The notes under the pieces are model-generated. The model searched no databases and was not told the origin of the DNA. It was given only the letters and a program-made list of their open reading frames with translations. Positions 47,560-60,780 of a stretch of 64,000 nucleotides of DNA are shown one piece after another; position 1 is the first letter of the stretch; each line of letters begins with the position of its first letter. The DNA lies in contig NC_043024.1 of assembly GCF_006345805.1 (NCBI RefSeq), positions 5,766,001 to 5,830,000 of the forward strand, read 5' to 3'. The position numbers were made by a program, and so were the translations under genes. This DNA is from Octopus sinensis (Eukaryota).

Positions 47560-48790
47560 CTAAACATTTCGATATATAAAGGTCTCTTCTAATCATCCTA
47601 AATTAACCATTGATAGTATCATTATGGCTATCTCTATTAGAATCTCCAACCTATCAGCAAACAAAGATTTTTAATGCACACGCCCCACTTTATACTCTTG
47701 CTTGAAAACTAGGTGGCTTTCATGATCATATCTTCTACATCCCTGACACCAAACTCTAAACCAAATTAGCTAATCTAACATCTCACATTAACCCCAATAC
47801 CACTAAAATGATCTCCTCTTTAAATTATAAACCTATAAGAAAACCTTTTGTTAACTGTACTAAATTTTATAATGGCCATGCTAGTAATCATAATAAATAT
47901 ACTCCTTCTATATCTAAACCCTCTCGTGCAGTAATACACCCTAAATCTAGAAAAAGGGAAATTATTTGGTTGCCCCACCCCATCTCCCATTTTCTCTCAG
48001 TCAAAAATCCACCAAAATTGTTCTTTAAAATTCTGAAACTAAATTTCCCAAAGCACCACAGATATTACCCTATATTTAACACTCTATCAAACTATCTTAC
48101 TCTACCACACCTAATTTGGGTTCAATTAGTGCATCTACAAACAGAAATAAGATTCAACTCTAAATGAGTAAAAGCATAGATCACCATAAGATACTCTACA
48201 TAAGTCCAAATAATATTAATAATAAAACAAAAATTATAGACGGGAGTGCAAATACATACAATTGTAGGGCCCCTGTATTATGTCCACTTGCTGGTTTATG
48301 CTTATGCAAAAACGTAATCTGTAAGTGCACAGTGCCAAGTGACAAACATCAAGCCAAAGTATACATGTACATATGCGTATACATATATATATATATGTAC
48401 GTATATAATACATATATATACATATACGTATACATAAGCACCAACCGATCGTGGCCATTGCCAGCCTCGCCTGGCACGTAAAAAGCACCCACTACATTCA
48501 TGGAGTGGTTGGCGTTAGGAAGGGCATCCAGCTGTAGAAACGTTGCCAGATTAGACTGGAGCCTGGTGCAGCCTTCTGACTTCCCAGACCCCGGTCGAAC
48601 CGTCCAACCCATGCTAGCATGGAAAACGGACGTTAAACGACGATGATGATGATACATAGGAAGAACTAAAGACTTCAAGAAACGATATAGGACAAATGTA
48701 AATTCTTTTAAGAAGTTGAAACATAGAAATTCAACAGTGTTAGCCAGATATATACACGACTTAAAATTACAGAACCTAGATAGTGCACAT
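47560..48790 (+). mobile_element. Penelope-like element, thumb/GIY-YIG half; SINE C and microsatellite inserted within the YIG codons
   Basis: SNHP..RISNLS, RKREIIW..P, KLNFPKHHRYYPIFN, NCRAPVLCPLAGLCL. Removing the insert restores KVYIGRTKDFKKRY (duplicated atacat), then NST.LARYIHDLK. Confidence 0.85.
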
Positions 48791-48792
48791 AG

Positions 48793-51185
48793 ACAGGGAT
48801 CCAGTTACTGGAAGCTAAACAAGACTATTTTGTCTTGTAAGGCGTACTGTAACTGGATTAAGGAGTTAGTGATGAGGACATTAACAGGCAGTGTTGAATA
48901 ACAGGTGGTGGTTTGCCCTCAAATGAGCCATTCGACATGAGTCGATTAGATTTAGCAAACAGCTAAGTTTAGATAAGAGCAGAGTAGAAAGGGATCTAGT
49001 CAAGGACTTATAAGAGGCACTAAGGTTGGGCTCTGTGTCCCAAGTTTTGGCAGCAAGATCAGCTTTAGACCGACACCTCAAAGCCAAACATGAGGAGTGT
49101 AGAGTTTGGGCTAAAGTTTGTGCATTAGGCCACAAGGGAATTAATGTTGCTGGGTTGGCCCTCACGGTAGAGACCCAGCATGGCAATGATATCACAATTA
49201 GGTCTTTGGTCGATATGAGTGTTTGATCAAGGGACAAGACAAGAGGGGCAAGGTGCTTTGGGACTTCCTGACCAGTGTCCTGCATCTCTCAGCACAAGAG
49301 GCTGAATACCATGAAGGACCGATCATGGCTAAGGTCATAGAGGTACTGTCCAAGTGTCCCAGGGACAAGTCGCCGGGACTTAGTCTACCCTATGAGTTTT
49401 ACAAAAGTATGCCAGACTTGTTCGGGCACCTACTGGCCGGTATTTATGCCAACTGGCAGCAGAATGGGAGAATCCCAAGTCTGCAAGCTGGATGACACTG
49501 AGTAGAAAGGATCTGAGCAAGGGGGACATTATTAGCAATTTTCGGCCCATAACTCAGCTAAACCGAGTTAAAGATTTTGGCCAAGGTGTTAACAAAGAAG
49601 TTGGCATGAGTGATGGGGAAGCACTAACTTGTACCATTCCCGGCAGGACAAGCTCCACCTCATACACTACATCTTAGAGAGAGTGGGTAAAATCCCCGGC
49701 AAAAGTGGGGCACTGGTGCATTTAGACCAGTCTAAAGCATTCGATAGGGTCGACCATTGGTACCTGGTGGCAGTTATCAGCGTGGCCAGGCTGGGCCCGA
49801 CTTTCCGAGGCTTGATTGCTGCTTTGTACAGCAACATCGAGTCTGTCATCCAAGTGAATGGATTCTTTTCAAAACCGTTCAAGATCAAGTGTTCTGTTCA
49901 CCAGGGATGTCCCCTGTCCCCGCTTTTGTATGTGTTGGCTCTTGAGCCATTGCTGCAAAGAATAGAGGCAATAGGGGGCAATCCCCATGATCTGAGACTT
50001 ATGCTGGGTGAATAGCAGAAAGAGTGCTGACAGGTGCTTACACTACTCTCCCAGGCAGGCATTGCCTGCAGCAGAAGTCCCACTGCAGATTTCTAGAGTG
50101 GGCTGGTAGAGTATATGTCAGATGCTGTCCTAAGGGAGACTCTGGGCTTTGAAGGAAACCAGTTGGTCAACCTATTCGGAAGGACTTTCGGGCCGGGTAT
50201 CTGGATAATCACCAGATATCCCTGGCCTGGTTTTGTTATCGATCTGCCTTACCTGTTCGAAAGAGGCTGTTGAGGCATGGTTATGCCATCCCACTAACAT
50301 GCCCGAGGTTTGGGTGGGACAGTGAAACTGTCCTGCACGCTTTAGTGCAATGTGCGGAGAATACTGTTCAACATAGGACTGATAACCTATGTTGAACAGC
50401 TGTTGTCAACGACAGGAAGAGTACAGCTATCAGCTGGGTCTATTATTAAGATTGTGCGGAGAGCTGGCAGAAACGTTAGCATGCCGGGCGAAATGCTTAG
50501 CAGTATTTCGTCTGCTGTTATGTTCCAAGTTCAAATTCCGCCGAGGTTGACTTTGCCTTTCATCCTTTCGGGGTCAATAAATTAAGTACCAGTTACACAC
50601 TTGGGTCGTTGTAATCGACTTAATCCATTTGTCTGTCCTTGTTTGTCCCCTTTGTGTGTAGCCCCTTGTGGGCAATAAAGAAATAAGATTGTGCCACCCT
50701 CTACTCTTAACAGGGAGTGGAAGGCCTGTTTTCTCTGCATAGTGGCCATATTGAAAGAAACCGTGTGGATGACGCATGAAAGGGGGATTGCAACGAGTAC
50801 CTTCATCTTGGGCCGAGGGTTGGTTAGTTATTTTAATTACCACCTTAATAGTAAAATCCGGCTGGAGAGGAGATAGCTGTCACATAGTATGTTTGTAAAA
50901 TGATGGATGAATGTAGTAAGAAAACTGAGAATAAATGGAACCGGTTAAGTACAGTCATCAAACCCCAAAAAAAGGGAGACGTCGGTGAATGGCGGTGGGG
51001 TTAATTAAACCAGGGAATTCATTCATACAAGAAAAAATTTTTAAATCTTATATCGTATTCATCTGATTTTCATTCGATTTTATTGTAAATTTTTATTGTA
51101 ACGTTCAGTTCCTACCTATTTATATTTGTCTGTCCTTGTATTGTACCCCCTTTGTAATGCCCTACATGGCAATTTCAGAAATAAA
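48793..51185 (+). mobile_element. 5'-truncated, decayed Tx1/L1 LINE
   Basis: SYWKLNK, KSPGL.LPYEFY, SNFRPI, ALVHLDQSKAFDRV, QGCPLSP; 3' UTR with tttgtctgtccttgt and aataaa. Confidence 0.88.
50458..50683 (+). mobile_element. SINE family B, Tx1-tailed subfamily, with 11-bp TSD
   Basis: TSD taagattgtgc at 50447-50457 and 50684-50694; head + Meta-like core + tail gccccttgtgggcaataaagaaata. Confidence 0.93.
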
Positions 51186-52106
51186 AACCCTGAACGCACA
51201 TCTTGAGTACGACGTTATTATTGTGAGTTTATAAGTAAGTTGTTATATTTGTTGAACATTTTTGAACTTTTATTTGTTGAAAAAACTTTGTTGCTGCTCT
51301 TCACGGCATTTGTTTATGCTTCCCCCTTGTTCGATGGGGGTAGCACTGTTTTCAAAAAAAAAAAAAAAGAAAAAATGGAGTAGGCACTTACCAACCACAT
51401 GGTTCCGGGTTCAGTCCCACTGTGTGGCACCTTGGGCAAGTGTCTTCTACTATAGCCTCGGGCCGACCAAGGCCTTGTGAGTGGATTTGGTAGACAGAAA
51501 TTAAAAGAAGCCTGTCGAATATATATATGTGTGTGTGTGTGTGTTTGTCTGTGTTTGTCCCCCAACATCGCTTGACAACTGATGCTGGTGTGTTTACATC
51601 CTTGTAACTTAGCGGTTCGGCAAAAGAGAATAAGTACTAGGCTTACAAAGAATAAGTCCTGGGTCAATTTGCTCGACTAAAAGGCAGTGCTCCAGCATGG
51701 CCGCAGTGAAATGACTGAAACAAGTAAAAGAGTATGAAAACGTTAGCTCCTTGGAGCTTTCTGAGGGAGAAATTGTCTCCTGTAAAAATGTTGAGCTCTG
51801 TAAAAGAACAAAGAAAAGTTGTCTCCCATCAAGGAGAATGAAAAAACAAATGGTTCTGGAAAAAAAAAGTATCTTCTGTTAAAGAAAGTGAAAAAAAGTT
51901 AAGCTCTGTAAAAGAGATTAGAAAAAAAAAAAAATTGTGTCTCCTGTTAAGGAAAGTGATAAAGGGTTAACTGTGAATATGGAACCCCAAAAAGTTGTGT
52001 CTCCTGCTAAGGAGACTGGAAAAACTAATTTGGTGGCAGCTGCTAGAGTAGCCAGAAGAGATTTAAAGATTGATATAGAAGAGATGGAAAAATTCAAGCA
52101 AATGAT

Positions 52107-52243
52107 CAAGTGGGAGGGGCATGAACTAACAATATCCCCTCCCAGCAAATGAGCAAGTGGGAGGGGCATGAACTAACAATATCCCCTCCCAGCAAATGAG
52201 CAAGTGGGAGGGGCATGAACTAACAATATCCCCTCCCAGCAAA
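52107..52243. repeat. 47-bp tandem repeat x~3, each a hairpin (TGGGAGGGG/CCCCTCCCA)
   Basis: Units start at 52107, 52154 and 52201. Confidence 0.95.
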
Positions 52244-52259
52244 ATATTTTAAAAAGCAG

Positions 52260-53749
52260 TCATTTACAAGACTGGATACAGCAAATAGGGGTGCAGTGGA
52301 GAAGTGTCTACTAAACTCTTGTTATTTTTATATGCATCAACAAGGCAGTTCTTTTGAATATTTCTATAAATACTTTGACACAGGTGAAAAATGGGTCCTG
52401 ATATTCTAGCTTCAGGAATTTTTTCTTGGAGGGCTTTGATGCTAGACAACTCAAAATCTACTAAAATGAATGTAGGGCTTAACTGAATTCCTTTTGTTTC
52501 TGCGATGAATATATCCGTGTTGTTTTTCCAGTCTATCTATCTATCTATCTATCCGCTCAGTCGAAGTCGACTCTCGGTTACTCGTTGGATCAGTGTCCTC
52601 CAGTTAGTTCTATCCTGGGCCGCTTCTTTTAGATTGGCTATGTCCATTCTGGTATCACTCTTGATGGTGTCAAGCCAGCAGGTTCTTGGTCAGCCTCTTC
52701 CTCTCTTGCCACTGACTATTCCGAGCATGATGTCCTTCTCCAGGGATTTTCTCCGCATAATATAACCAAAATATGCCAATCTATGCTTGGTGATCCTAGT
52801 TTTTCCAGTCAGCTACATGCAAACAGCTGGGAAAATTGGTTCTTGGAATCTGTAAGAGATACTATATAACCGAGAGAAGAGTTGTGGACAAGTTTTAAAA
52901 GTCTCATCTAAAAACCAGATATCAGAGTCAGCTAATCTTTGTAAATTATCTTCACTTCTGAAATCTGTAATTCTCTCTTGGAGCTCATCCTCTTCCTCAT
53001 CTTCATCCTCTTCAATTAATTCATTCAAAGTGTCCCTGTTTATCTTTGTGTCAAACAAAAGGAAGTTTCTTTCCCCAGTTTGTGTGACCTTGAATTTCTC
53101 TGGGATTACCAAATCTATCACAGAATTTGATTCCACTGGAAATTCTTTTTTACGAATGCACTGAATAAGGTGCCTCATAGCTGATGTACTTGGCATTTCA
53201 ATGGCTTCATTTATATCTAGTTTCTGCCAAGCTTCCTGTATAATTGCTGCTGCCGTTGTTGTTAAGCAACAAGATGGGTAAGGGTGATTAGGTGATGGTC
53301 TAGGGCTTTGGGGTGGGAGACCCCAGACCTTGAAAAAAAAAAAAACTTTGGTCGTCTTGTTGTAGTTGAGGGCTCTTCGTTGACACCTGACACCACTGGG
53401 AGGTGGCCCTCGAAGTTGCTGGAAATGGAGATCTCCAGGTCCAAATTCTTGAACGGCTGCTGCTGGTGTAGAATTTGTAGCTCGAGCCTTATCTTTCAGT
53501 TCATCAAGAACTTGTATTATTTCCTCTCTCCCTGCAAGCGGTGCATGACTTTGTGCCCTTCTTTTGGATATCCAGCTACCATGTGCATTAAAAAGTGGAA
53601 CTCCACAATGGGTTACGGAACCACAACAACTTTTGTCCTCTCACCTGAAGTAACGATTCTGGTCTTGGGATCATTGGTAATGGTAGATGTGCTCCCGAAA
53701 GGATAATTTGCCTTTTCTGGGATTTGACAAATTCATATTCATCCATCAT
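52260..53749 (-). mobile_element. MULE (Mutator-like) transposase pseudogene with N-terminal FLYWCH-like region
   Basis: MDEYEFVKSQK...YHY...RYFR...C; DSDIWFLD.TFKTCPQLF..LYSI; IFHLCQSIYRNIQK. Confidence 0.8.
52525..52800 (-). mobile_element. RTE (BovB-type) 3' end with (TAGA)n tail, inserted in the MULE
   Basis: RLAYFGYIMRRKSLEKDIMLG..SGKRGRG.PR..WLD.I...DR..WR. Confidence 0.85.
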
Positions 53750-54519
53750 GGGCGCAGGAGTGGCTGTGTGGTAAGTAGCTTACTAACCAACCACATGGTT
53801 CCGGATGTGTGGCATCTTGGGCAAGTGTCTTCTACTATAGCCTCGGGCCGACCAAAGCCTTGTGAGTGGATTTGGTAGACGGAAACTGAAAGAAGCCCGT
53901 CGTATATATGTATATATATATATATATGTGTGTGCGTGTGTAAGTTTGTGTGTCTGTGTTTGTCCCTCCAACATCGCTTGACAACCGATGGTGGTGTGTT
54001 TACGTCCCCGTCACTTAGCGGTTCAGCAAAAGAGACCGATAGAATAAGTACTAGGCTTACAAAGAATAAGTCCTGGGGTCAATTTGCTCAACTAAAGGTG
54101 GTGCTCCAGCATGGCCGCAGTCAAATGACTGAAACAAGTAAAAGAGAAAAGTAAAGAGTAAGATGATAATAAGAAATAAAACTCTGCTATTTACAATAGA
54201 ACAAACGGCCAAAAGCTTCAGAATCAGCTGAACTATTTTCCTAAAAAAACTCTAACACTTTTATTTTAACGGTGACGGTTAAGTCAATAATTGTATGCAT
54301 AATACTATTACAGAACCATGAGGTCAATTACCATTGAAAGAGTTTTAAGTTTGAACCCTTCCCAAAAAGGAAAACTACTTAAACAGCAGATGATGTTTTT
54401 TTTATTTAGATTTGTCACTCTTTTGCTATGTCACGCTTTTGAAATGTCATTCTTTTAAAACACACCCATATATACACACACACACATATGTATATCATCA
54501 TCATCATCATACATCCATT

Positions 54520-54557
<38 letters not shown>

Positions 54558-54559
54558 TC

Positions 54560-55620
54560 CTTTAGAGGAATGGGTGTGCTTGTTTGCTTTGGCACAATTC
54601 ATCAGACTGTAGATTTCTGATATTAGTCTGTGATTTCTTCAATGGAATGTCTACATTCTTCATAGTCAAATGGTATTTTGTGTTTATTACCATTAAAGCT
54701 GAAAATACAGAATCAAACAAGAATTTGTAAAAAAACTGCTATTGTTATCTTGAATAATTATTGGAAATTCCTTCTTCATGTTCAGTCAAGAACTAATGCT
54801 GAAGCTGGTTTTTGAAAAATTCAAGTATAAGATCGGAATCACATGATAGCTCTACAAATTCTTTAGTTTTTCATTCATTCCAATGTGTGTTACAGTTTAT
54901 AGAATTTGGATTCAATCTAATTTGCAGTTGTCAATGTCTGCTAGAAAATATTTGCAGAACTGTTTTTATCAAATGTGCCAAACGTCCAATTACATTCAGC
55001 TTGAATTAAAGTCAAATTATTTTCCCAGTAAAAAATGGACAGTACATACAGGTCTTGAATGGTCAAACAGAAGTAACTAAGTGTTTTGGTGGTTTTACTA
55101 TCACCTGTCCACCTGGGAGACACCTGGTCACATTTGTGCACAGGCTTTTTTGCTTCTTGTAATAGGGACAATATTATTGGTCAGAAGGTCCATTTGCTGT
55201 GATCAGCTACTACATAGATGTTCCAGGATTCTGCTGCTGGTGATGGGCAGAGTCATTGTGACATTGAAAGATTTGAAGAGATCTCTGGACTACAAAGAAA
55301 ATGGTGAACAGAGGGAGGGGATCATGGTTTGTGCAGAATATCATCACACTTTCCATCTGTGTTCCCAAGCCTGACCGTCTGAGACTACAAATATTCTCCA
55401 ACCATTTCATTTGCCATCTACTTCTAGGTCGAGGCTTGGCTAGAAATATCTATCATGCAATTTTTTGTGTGGTATTCTAACCACATCTGCATAAAACTGA
55501 AGCTGTGGCCTCTCAATGCAGAGTAGTGGCTTAACCTGGAGAGAGACTCTGATCTCCAAACTGCACACCTTCTCAACACAACTCCTGAGGTCCTTTCGAT
55601 GAACCCTATTTCTTCCACTT
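54560..55620 (-). mobile_element. hAT (Charlie/Buster-like) transposase relic
   Basis: C-terminal ELSCDSDL..EF...FSALMVINTKY...ELCQSKQAHP. The upstream part is only weakly recognisable. Confidence 0.55.
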
Positions 55621-56679
55621 GTATTCAAGATCATAATCTTTCAGTCATTACAAAACATATATGACCCTAGGTAATAACACCGTGCAACACGATTTTTGTC
55701 CTTGGGTAGCAACTGTTATTTCCTATTTGTTACCCCTACAAAGTTTGAAAATGGTTTATGTTTCCTTCAAACTTTGCTTTTCTTACATTTATTCAAACCC
55801 CAAAGAATTCCTCTCAACACAAGACTATGATACTCCCTGACTGCTCCTGCTTATCATCAGAAAGGCACATATTGTCAGCCATTAAAGGACACACTCAAGT
55901 GGTTAAGGTCAAGCAACTGATAAGCAAATCTGTTGTATTGGGCAGAATATTTGCTATAACAATATTTCTGCTTCAGCAACCCAGTACTGAATCTATTTGA
56001 AATGTAATGGAAAATAGGTTAGTTGCAAAACATTGATGTCCAGATGACAAAAGCAAAGTTTGAGGGGAATGGTAGTGATTTCCTTTGATTTCTAGACAGA
56101 AGCAAATAGGAAATAACACTTACTGACCAAATACAACAAAAAAATATAATGAAAATTTTGTTACACAGCGTAATAGGCATAAAAGCCAAATTGAAGAGAG
56201 GACATTTGGAATGAAATCAAAGATGTGATCTTTGATATCTATCATATTAAAACAACAGTTTGATGTTGTGTTTTCAGCATCTTTAATTATACAATGAAAA
56301 TTGAAGATGTAAAATCTTTTAACATAGGTGCACGTGTGTCTATGTAGTAAGAAGCTTGCTTCCCAACCACATGGTTCCGGGTTCAGTCCCACTGCGTAGC
56401 ACATTTGGCAAGTGTCTTCTACTATGGCTTCGGGCCAACCATGCCTTGTGTGTGGATTTAATGGATGGAAACTGAAGGAAGCCCATCATGTGTGTGTGTG
56501 TAAAATATAAGTAAGATTCAGTTGAATTAGGTACTTAAATTGAGGCACCTTGCTAGGTCAGAATAATCTGCACACCCCAACATTATTATGTAAATATCAA
56601 ACCTGGTACACATGCACCAGCCATAATGGATCGGCACCTGTACTTCTGTTACTCATTTATATACATATATGCACATATG

Positions 56680-56990
56680 TGGAGGCGTAATGGCCCAGTG
56701 GTTAGGGCAGCAGAGTCGCGGTTGTAGGATCACGGTTTCAATTACCGGACCGGGTGTTGTGAGTATTTATTGAGTGAAAACACCTAAAGCTCCACAAGGC
56801 TCCGGCAGGGGGTGGTGGCGATCCCTGCTGTACTCTTTCGCCACAATTTTCTCTCAATCTTTCTTCTGTTGGCCTGCTCGCTTAGCCAGCGGGGTGGCGT
56901 CATTTGAAGCCTAAAACAATGTGAAGCGCATTGTGACCAGCGATGTGTAGCAACATCTGATAGCCTGGTCGGTCATGGTGGTGATATATA
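56680..56990 (+). mobile_element. Additional tRNA-derived SINE family (single copy)
   Basis: ggaggcgtaatggcccagtggttagggcagc...ggtttcaattacc A/B-box-like head followed by a GC-rich body. Confidence 0.7.
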
Positions 56991-57429
56991 ATGTATGTAT
57001 CTATGTGTGCATGTATTTGTGTCCGTTTGTCCCCCACCACTGCCTGACAACCAGTGTTAGTGTGGTTAGGTCCCCATAACTTAAAGGTATGGCAAGAGAC
57101 TGATAAAAACATTAAAAAATATAAAAAAAGTCTTGGGGTCAATTTGTTCGACTAAAACCCTTCAAGGCAGTGCCCCAGTATGGCCACAGTCAAATGACTG
57201 AAACAAGTGAAAATCCCCATCATTATCTTAATGTAATTTAACATCAACTTTTCCTTGCTTGCATGGGTTAGATGGATTATTTTGGGGCTGATTTTCTATG
57301 GCTGGATGCCCTTCCTGTCACCAAACCGTACCTGTTTCCAAGCAAGGTAATATTTTCCCCTGGCCAGATTTATTTTTCATGGAAGATTGAAAATGACCAA
57401 AACTGGTCACATGACAACGACACATTTAC

Positions 57430-57892
57430 AACTATTGAGTGATGTCCAAGACAAGGAGACACAAACTCACACACATGAATACACACACATATATGTGTGC
57501 GCGCACACACACACACACAAGCACTCACATATACAGGTACCCACACATATGCACACACATACACATATGCACATATACATACACACAAGCACATACACAC
57601 ACACACACACAACATGAATACACACAAATATATGCACACACACAAAAGTACACATACACACACATGCACCGACACCCACACCCACACAGGAATACAAACA
57701 CATATATATGCACACACACACATATACACACATACGAGCACACATACACACACAACATGAATCCACACAAATATATGCACACACATACACACACACACAC
57801 ACACACATGAATACACACACATATATGCACGCACACACACATATATGCACACACACAAACACATATACACACATGCACCCCCCCACACACAC
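57430..57892. repeat. Compound (CA/TA)n microsatellite with internal higher-order duplications
   Basis: acacaacatgaat.cacacaaatatatgcac blocks recur. Confidence 0.95.
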
Positions 57893-58309
57893 AGAGGCTT
57901 CTTTCAGTTTCCGTCCACCAAACCCATTTACAAAGCTTTGATCAGCCCAAGGCTATAGCAGTTACGTGCCCAGGATGCCATGCACTGGTACTGAACCTGG
58001 AACCATGTGATTGGGAAGAAGACTTCTTACCACAAAACTATTCCTTTGCCTATAAATTATAGAATGTAACAATTAAAAAAAAACAACAACAAAACCCCTT
58101 AAATATTGAACAAAGCTGAAAATGTAATCAAAAATTTTAATATAAAGAAACAAATTTGAGTCTCGTTATGCTCTCAACGACCTTAATTATACCGAAAAAT
58201 CAAAGTCGTTAACATAATGAAGCTATGTTAATGAAGCTTTTATAAATTTATGCATCAAATGAGAAATAAGAACATTTTATAAAAATCTGAAATTTCCATA
58301 GACCAACTA

Positions 58310-59279
58310 GTTGTTGTTGTTATTATTGTTGTTGTTGTTATTATTATTATTGTTATTATTATTGTTATTATTATTGTTATTATTATTATTATTATTGTTA
58401 TTATTATTATCATTATTTTTATTGATAAGGTGGGAAGCTGGCAGAATTGTTAGCAAGCTGGGTGAAATGCTTAGTGGCATTTTGAGTGTCTTTACGTTCT
58501 CAGTTCAAATTCCACCGAAGTCGATCGACTTTGCCTTTCATCCCTTTGGGGTCAATAAATTAAGTAGCAATGAAACGCTGGAGCTGATGTGATTGACTCA
58601 TCCCCTTACCCCAAATGGTTGCCCTTGTGGCAAAATTTGAAACCATTATTATTATTATTATTAATATTATTACCTCTGACTTAGTGAAGGCAGAGGCATT
58701 GTTTTCAGTCGTGTTTGTTAGTCTGTGAAGATATCTCAAGAACTGCTGGATGAATTCTGATGAAATTTTCAGAGATGTTTGGCCTCATGACTGGCATGAA
58801 CTGATTAGATTTTGGGATCGATCCAGTACCGGACAAGGAAACTGGATTATTTTTCCTGTTTTTTTTACTTAATTTTTGAGTGAGGTCGGGTTCATTTTTA
58901 GTATTCTTGTTTGTGAAAGCAGTAGAGTTTATTTCAGATTTTCTCATTTTAAAAATCCTCTCTGGCTAATCATTGAGAGGATGTTGGTGTTGCCTTGGCA
59001 GAGATTTGTGCTCTCTGGGTGCTCTTGTTTTTGCCATTATTATCATTATTATTATTATTATTATTAAGGTGGTGAGCTGACAGAATTGTTGGCATGCTGG
59101 GTGAAATGTTTAGTGGCATTTTGACGGTCTTTACATTCTGAGTTCAAATTCCAGCAAGGTCAACTATGCCTTTCATTCTTTCGGGGTCAATAAATTAAGT
59201 TCCAGTGAAACACTGGGGTCAATGTATTTGACTAGTCCTCTCCTGCAAAATTTTAGGCCTAGTGCCTATAACAGAAAGA

Positions 59280-59320
<41 letters not shown>

Positions 59321-59960
59321 GGCAGTGAGCTGGCAGAATCATTAGCATGCCAGGCAAAAATGCTCATTGGCATTTTTATGTCTCAGGGTTCTGAGTTCAA
59401 ATGCTGCCAACATCATCTTTGCCTTTTGTTCTTCCAGGGTTGATAAAATAAGTATCAGCTGAATATTGGGGTTCACCCCTATGGGTTATTACCTTAACGG
59501 TAGTGGGGGAGTTTGCAAGTTTCAATGACCTGAAGAGCTTTGCTGTCCGGAGTTCTGTACTCCTGGTAGGGTCACCCAAGGCAGTAAGGTCGACAGGTAG
59601 AAGTCAGACAGAATAATCCACTGACCCTTCAGGTTGGGGGTTGAGCAATAGGCTAATAACCTATTCTCGTAAAAAGAAGTATCAAATAGACACCCCACCT
59701 ATCCAGTGCCAAAATTTGAAACAAAGGCAGTGAACTTGCAGAATCATCAGCGGGTCAGGCAAAACACCTCACAGTATTTGCTCCAGATTTTTACATTCTG
59801 AGTTCAAATTCTGCTGAGGTCAGCTTTGCCTGTCGTCTTTGTGGGATCAATAAAATAAAGTACCAATGAAGTACTGGGGGCCATTATAACTGACTTACCT
59901 GTCCCCTCAAAATTTCAGACCCTAGTACCAATAGTAGAAATGATAATAATTATTATTATT
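58310..59960 (+). mobile_element. (TTA/TTG)n tract followed by an array of SINE B copies (58425, 59065, 59320, 59720) with nested inserts
   Basis: Each head follows an (ATT)n run; an RTE-5'-UTR-like insert lies at 59470-59690. Confidence 0.85.
58669..59030 (+). mobile_element. Helentron-associated non-autonomous element (HINE-like)
   Basis: 5' attacctctg.c...ggcagagg sub-terminal IR; 3' ggcagagat followed by the hairpin gtgctctctgggtgc; inserted in a T-rich site. Confidence 0.6.
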
Positions 59961-60780
59961 ATTTTCTGATTGATTTGCATTTTATTTCATCTTTCATATA
60001 TGTCAGATGGAAAAAAAAAACTTCCTGAGAATGTGGGCCACTGATGTCAACACAATTTTTTGAGTTTCATAGATTGTGATTTTCCCACGGATCTGGTCAA
60101 AAAATTTGTCAGTACCTTTCTTGATCATTCCTAGGGCACCTATAACAACAGGGGTATGTCCTAGATATCACAATCTCAAGGTCCTTATATTTCAACAGTT
60201 TTTAAAATTCCTTTGCTGAGATGTTGCTATCTGTAGGTACTGTCAAATAAATCAACAGGCATGGTTTTTCTCTTACGTCTTCAATGATGATGTCTGGTCT
60301 GTTATCATTTATTTGCCTGTTTGAACATTCTTTCCCTCAGTGACTGGCTCTGGATGGTGTTCATACCAGTTCTTAGTGTGGGAGATATCATAATGATGGC
60401 ATATACTCCAGTGCAAGTATTGGCCAGCTTGGTCATATCTGGTTTTATATTCTGTAGGGTCAAGGACTGAGCAACTGGCAAGAATATGGCCAACACTCTA
60501 AAGTTTGTCATTGCAGCGGTCACACTTTGTGTCCACTCATTATATGTGATATTAGCTTGGTAGTTCCTGGTAAGGAGAATTTGATCTTGTACCGCTAGGA
60601 TAAAGCCTTTTGTTTTGGCTTTCAAACCACCACTCTGCAGCCACTAATGGGTTCTTCTCATCTCTACATCAGCTTCTCTTGCTCATCTGGTGTATTGCCC
60701 ATGCAATGGTTTTTCTTTTCACAATCTTGATATTTCCTTCAAGCTTTCCTGTTTGGCTTTTGTTTTACACTTTTTTGCTG
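59960..60780 (-). mobile_element. Second R4/Dong-like LINE fragment, decayed
   Basis: LKAKTKGFILAVQDQILLTRNYQ, CDRC, GHILASC, YLHWSICHHY, WYEH.PEPV; parallels 36762-37716. Confidence 0.8.

Noticed and set aside
51740-52110. KVVSPVKE-repeat ORF as a host exon
   Set aside because: Short, frameshifted, no splice signals; likely a decayed TE gag-like or simple repeat tract.
57370-57941. Cys/Val- or His/Thr-rich ORFs
   Set aside because: Translations of (CA/TG)n microsatellite; the same applies to the (TA)n ORFs at 11133-11552, 39671-39989 and 47283-47596 and the poly-Leu ORF at 58311.
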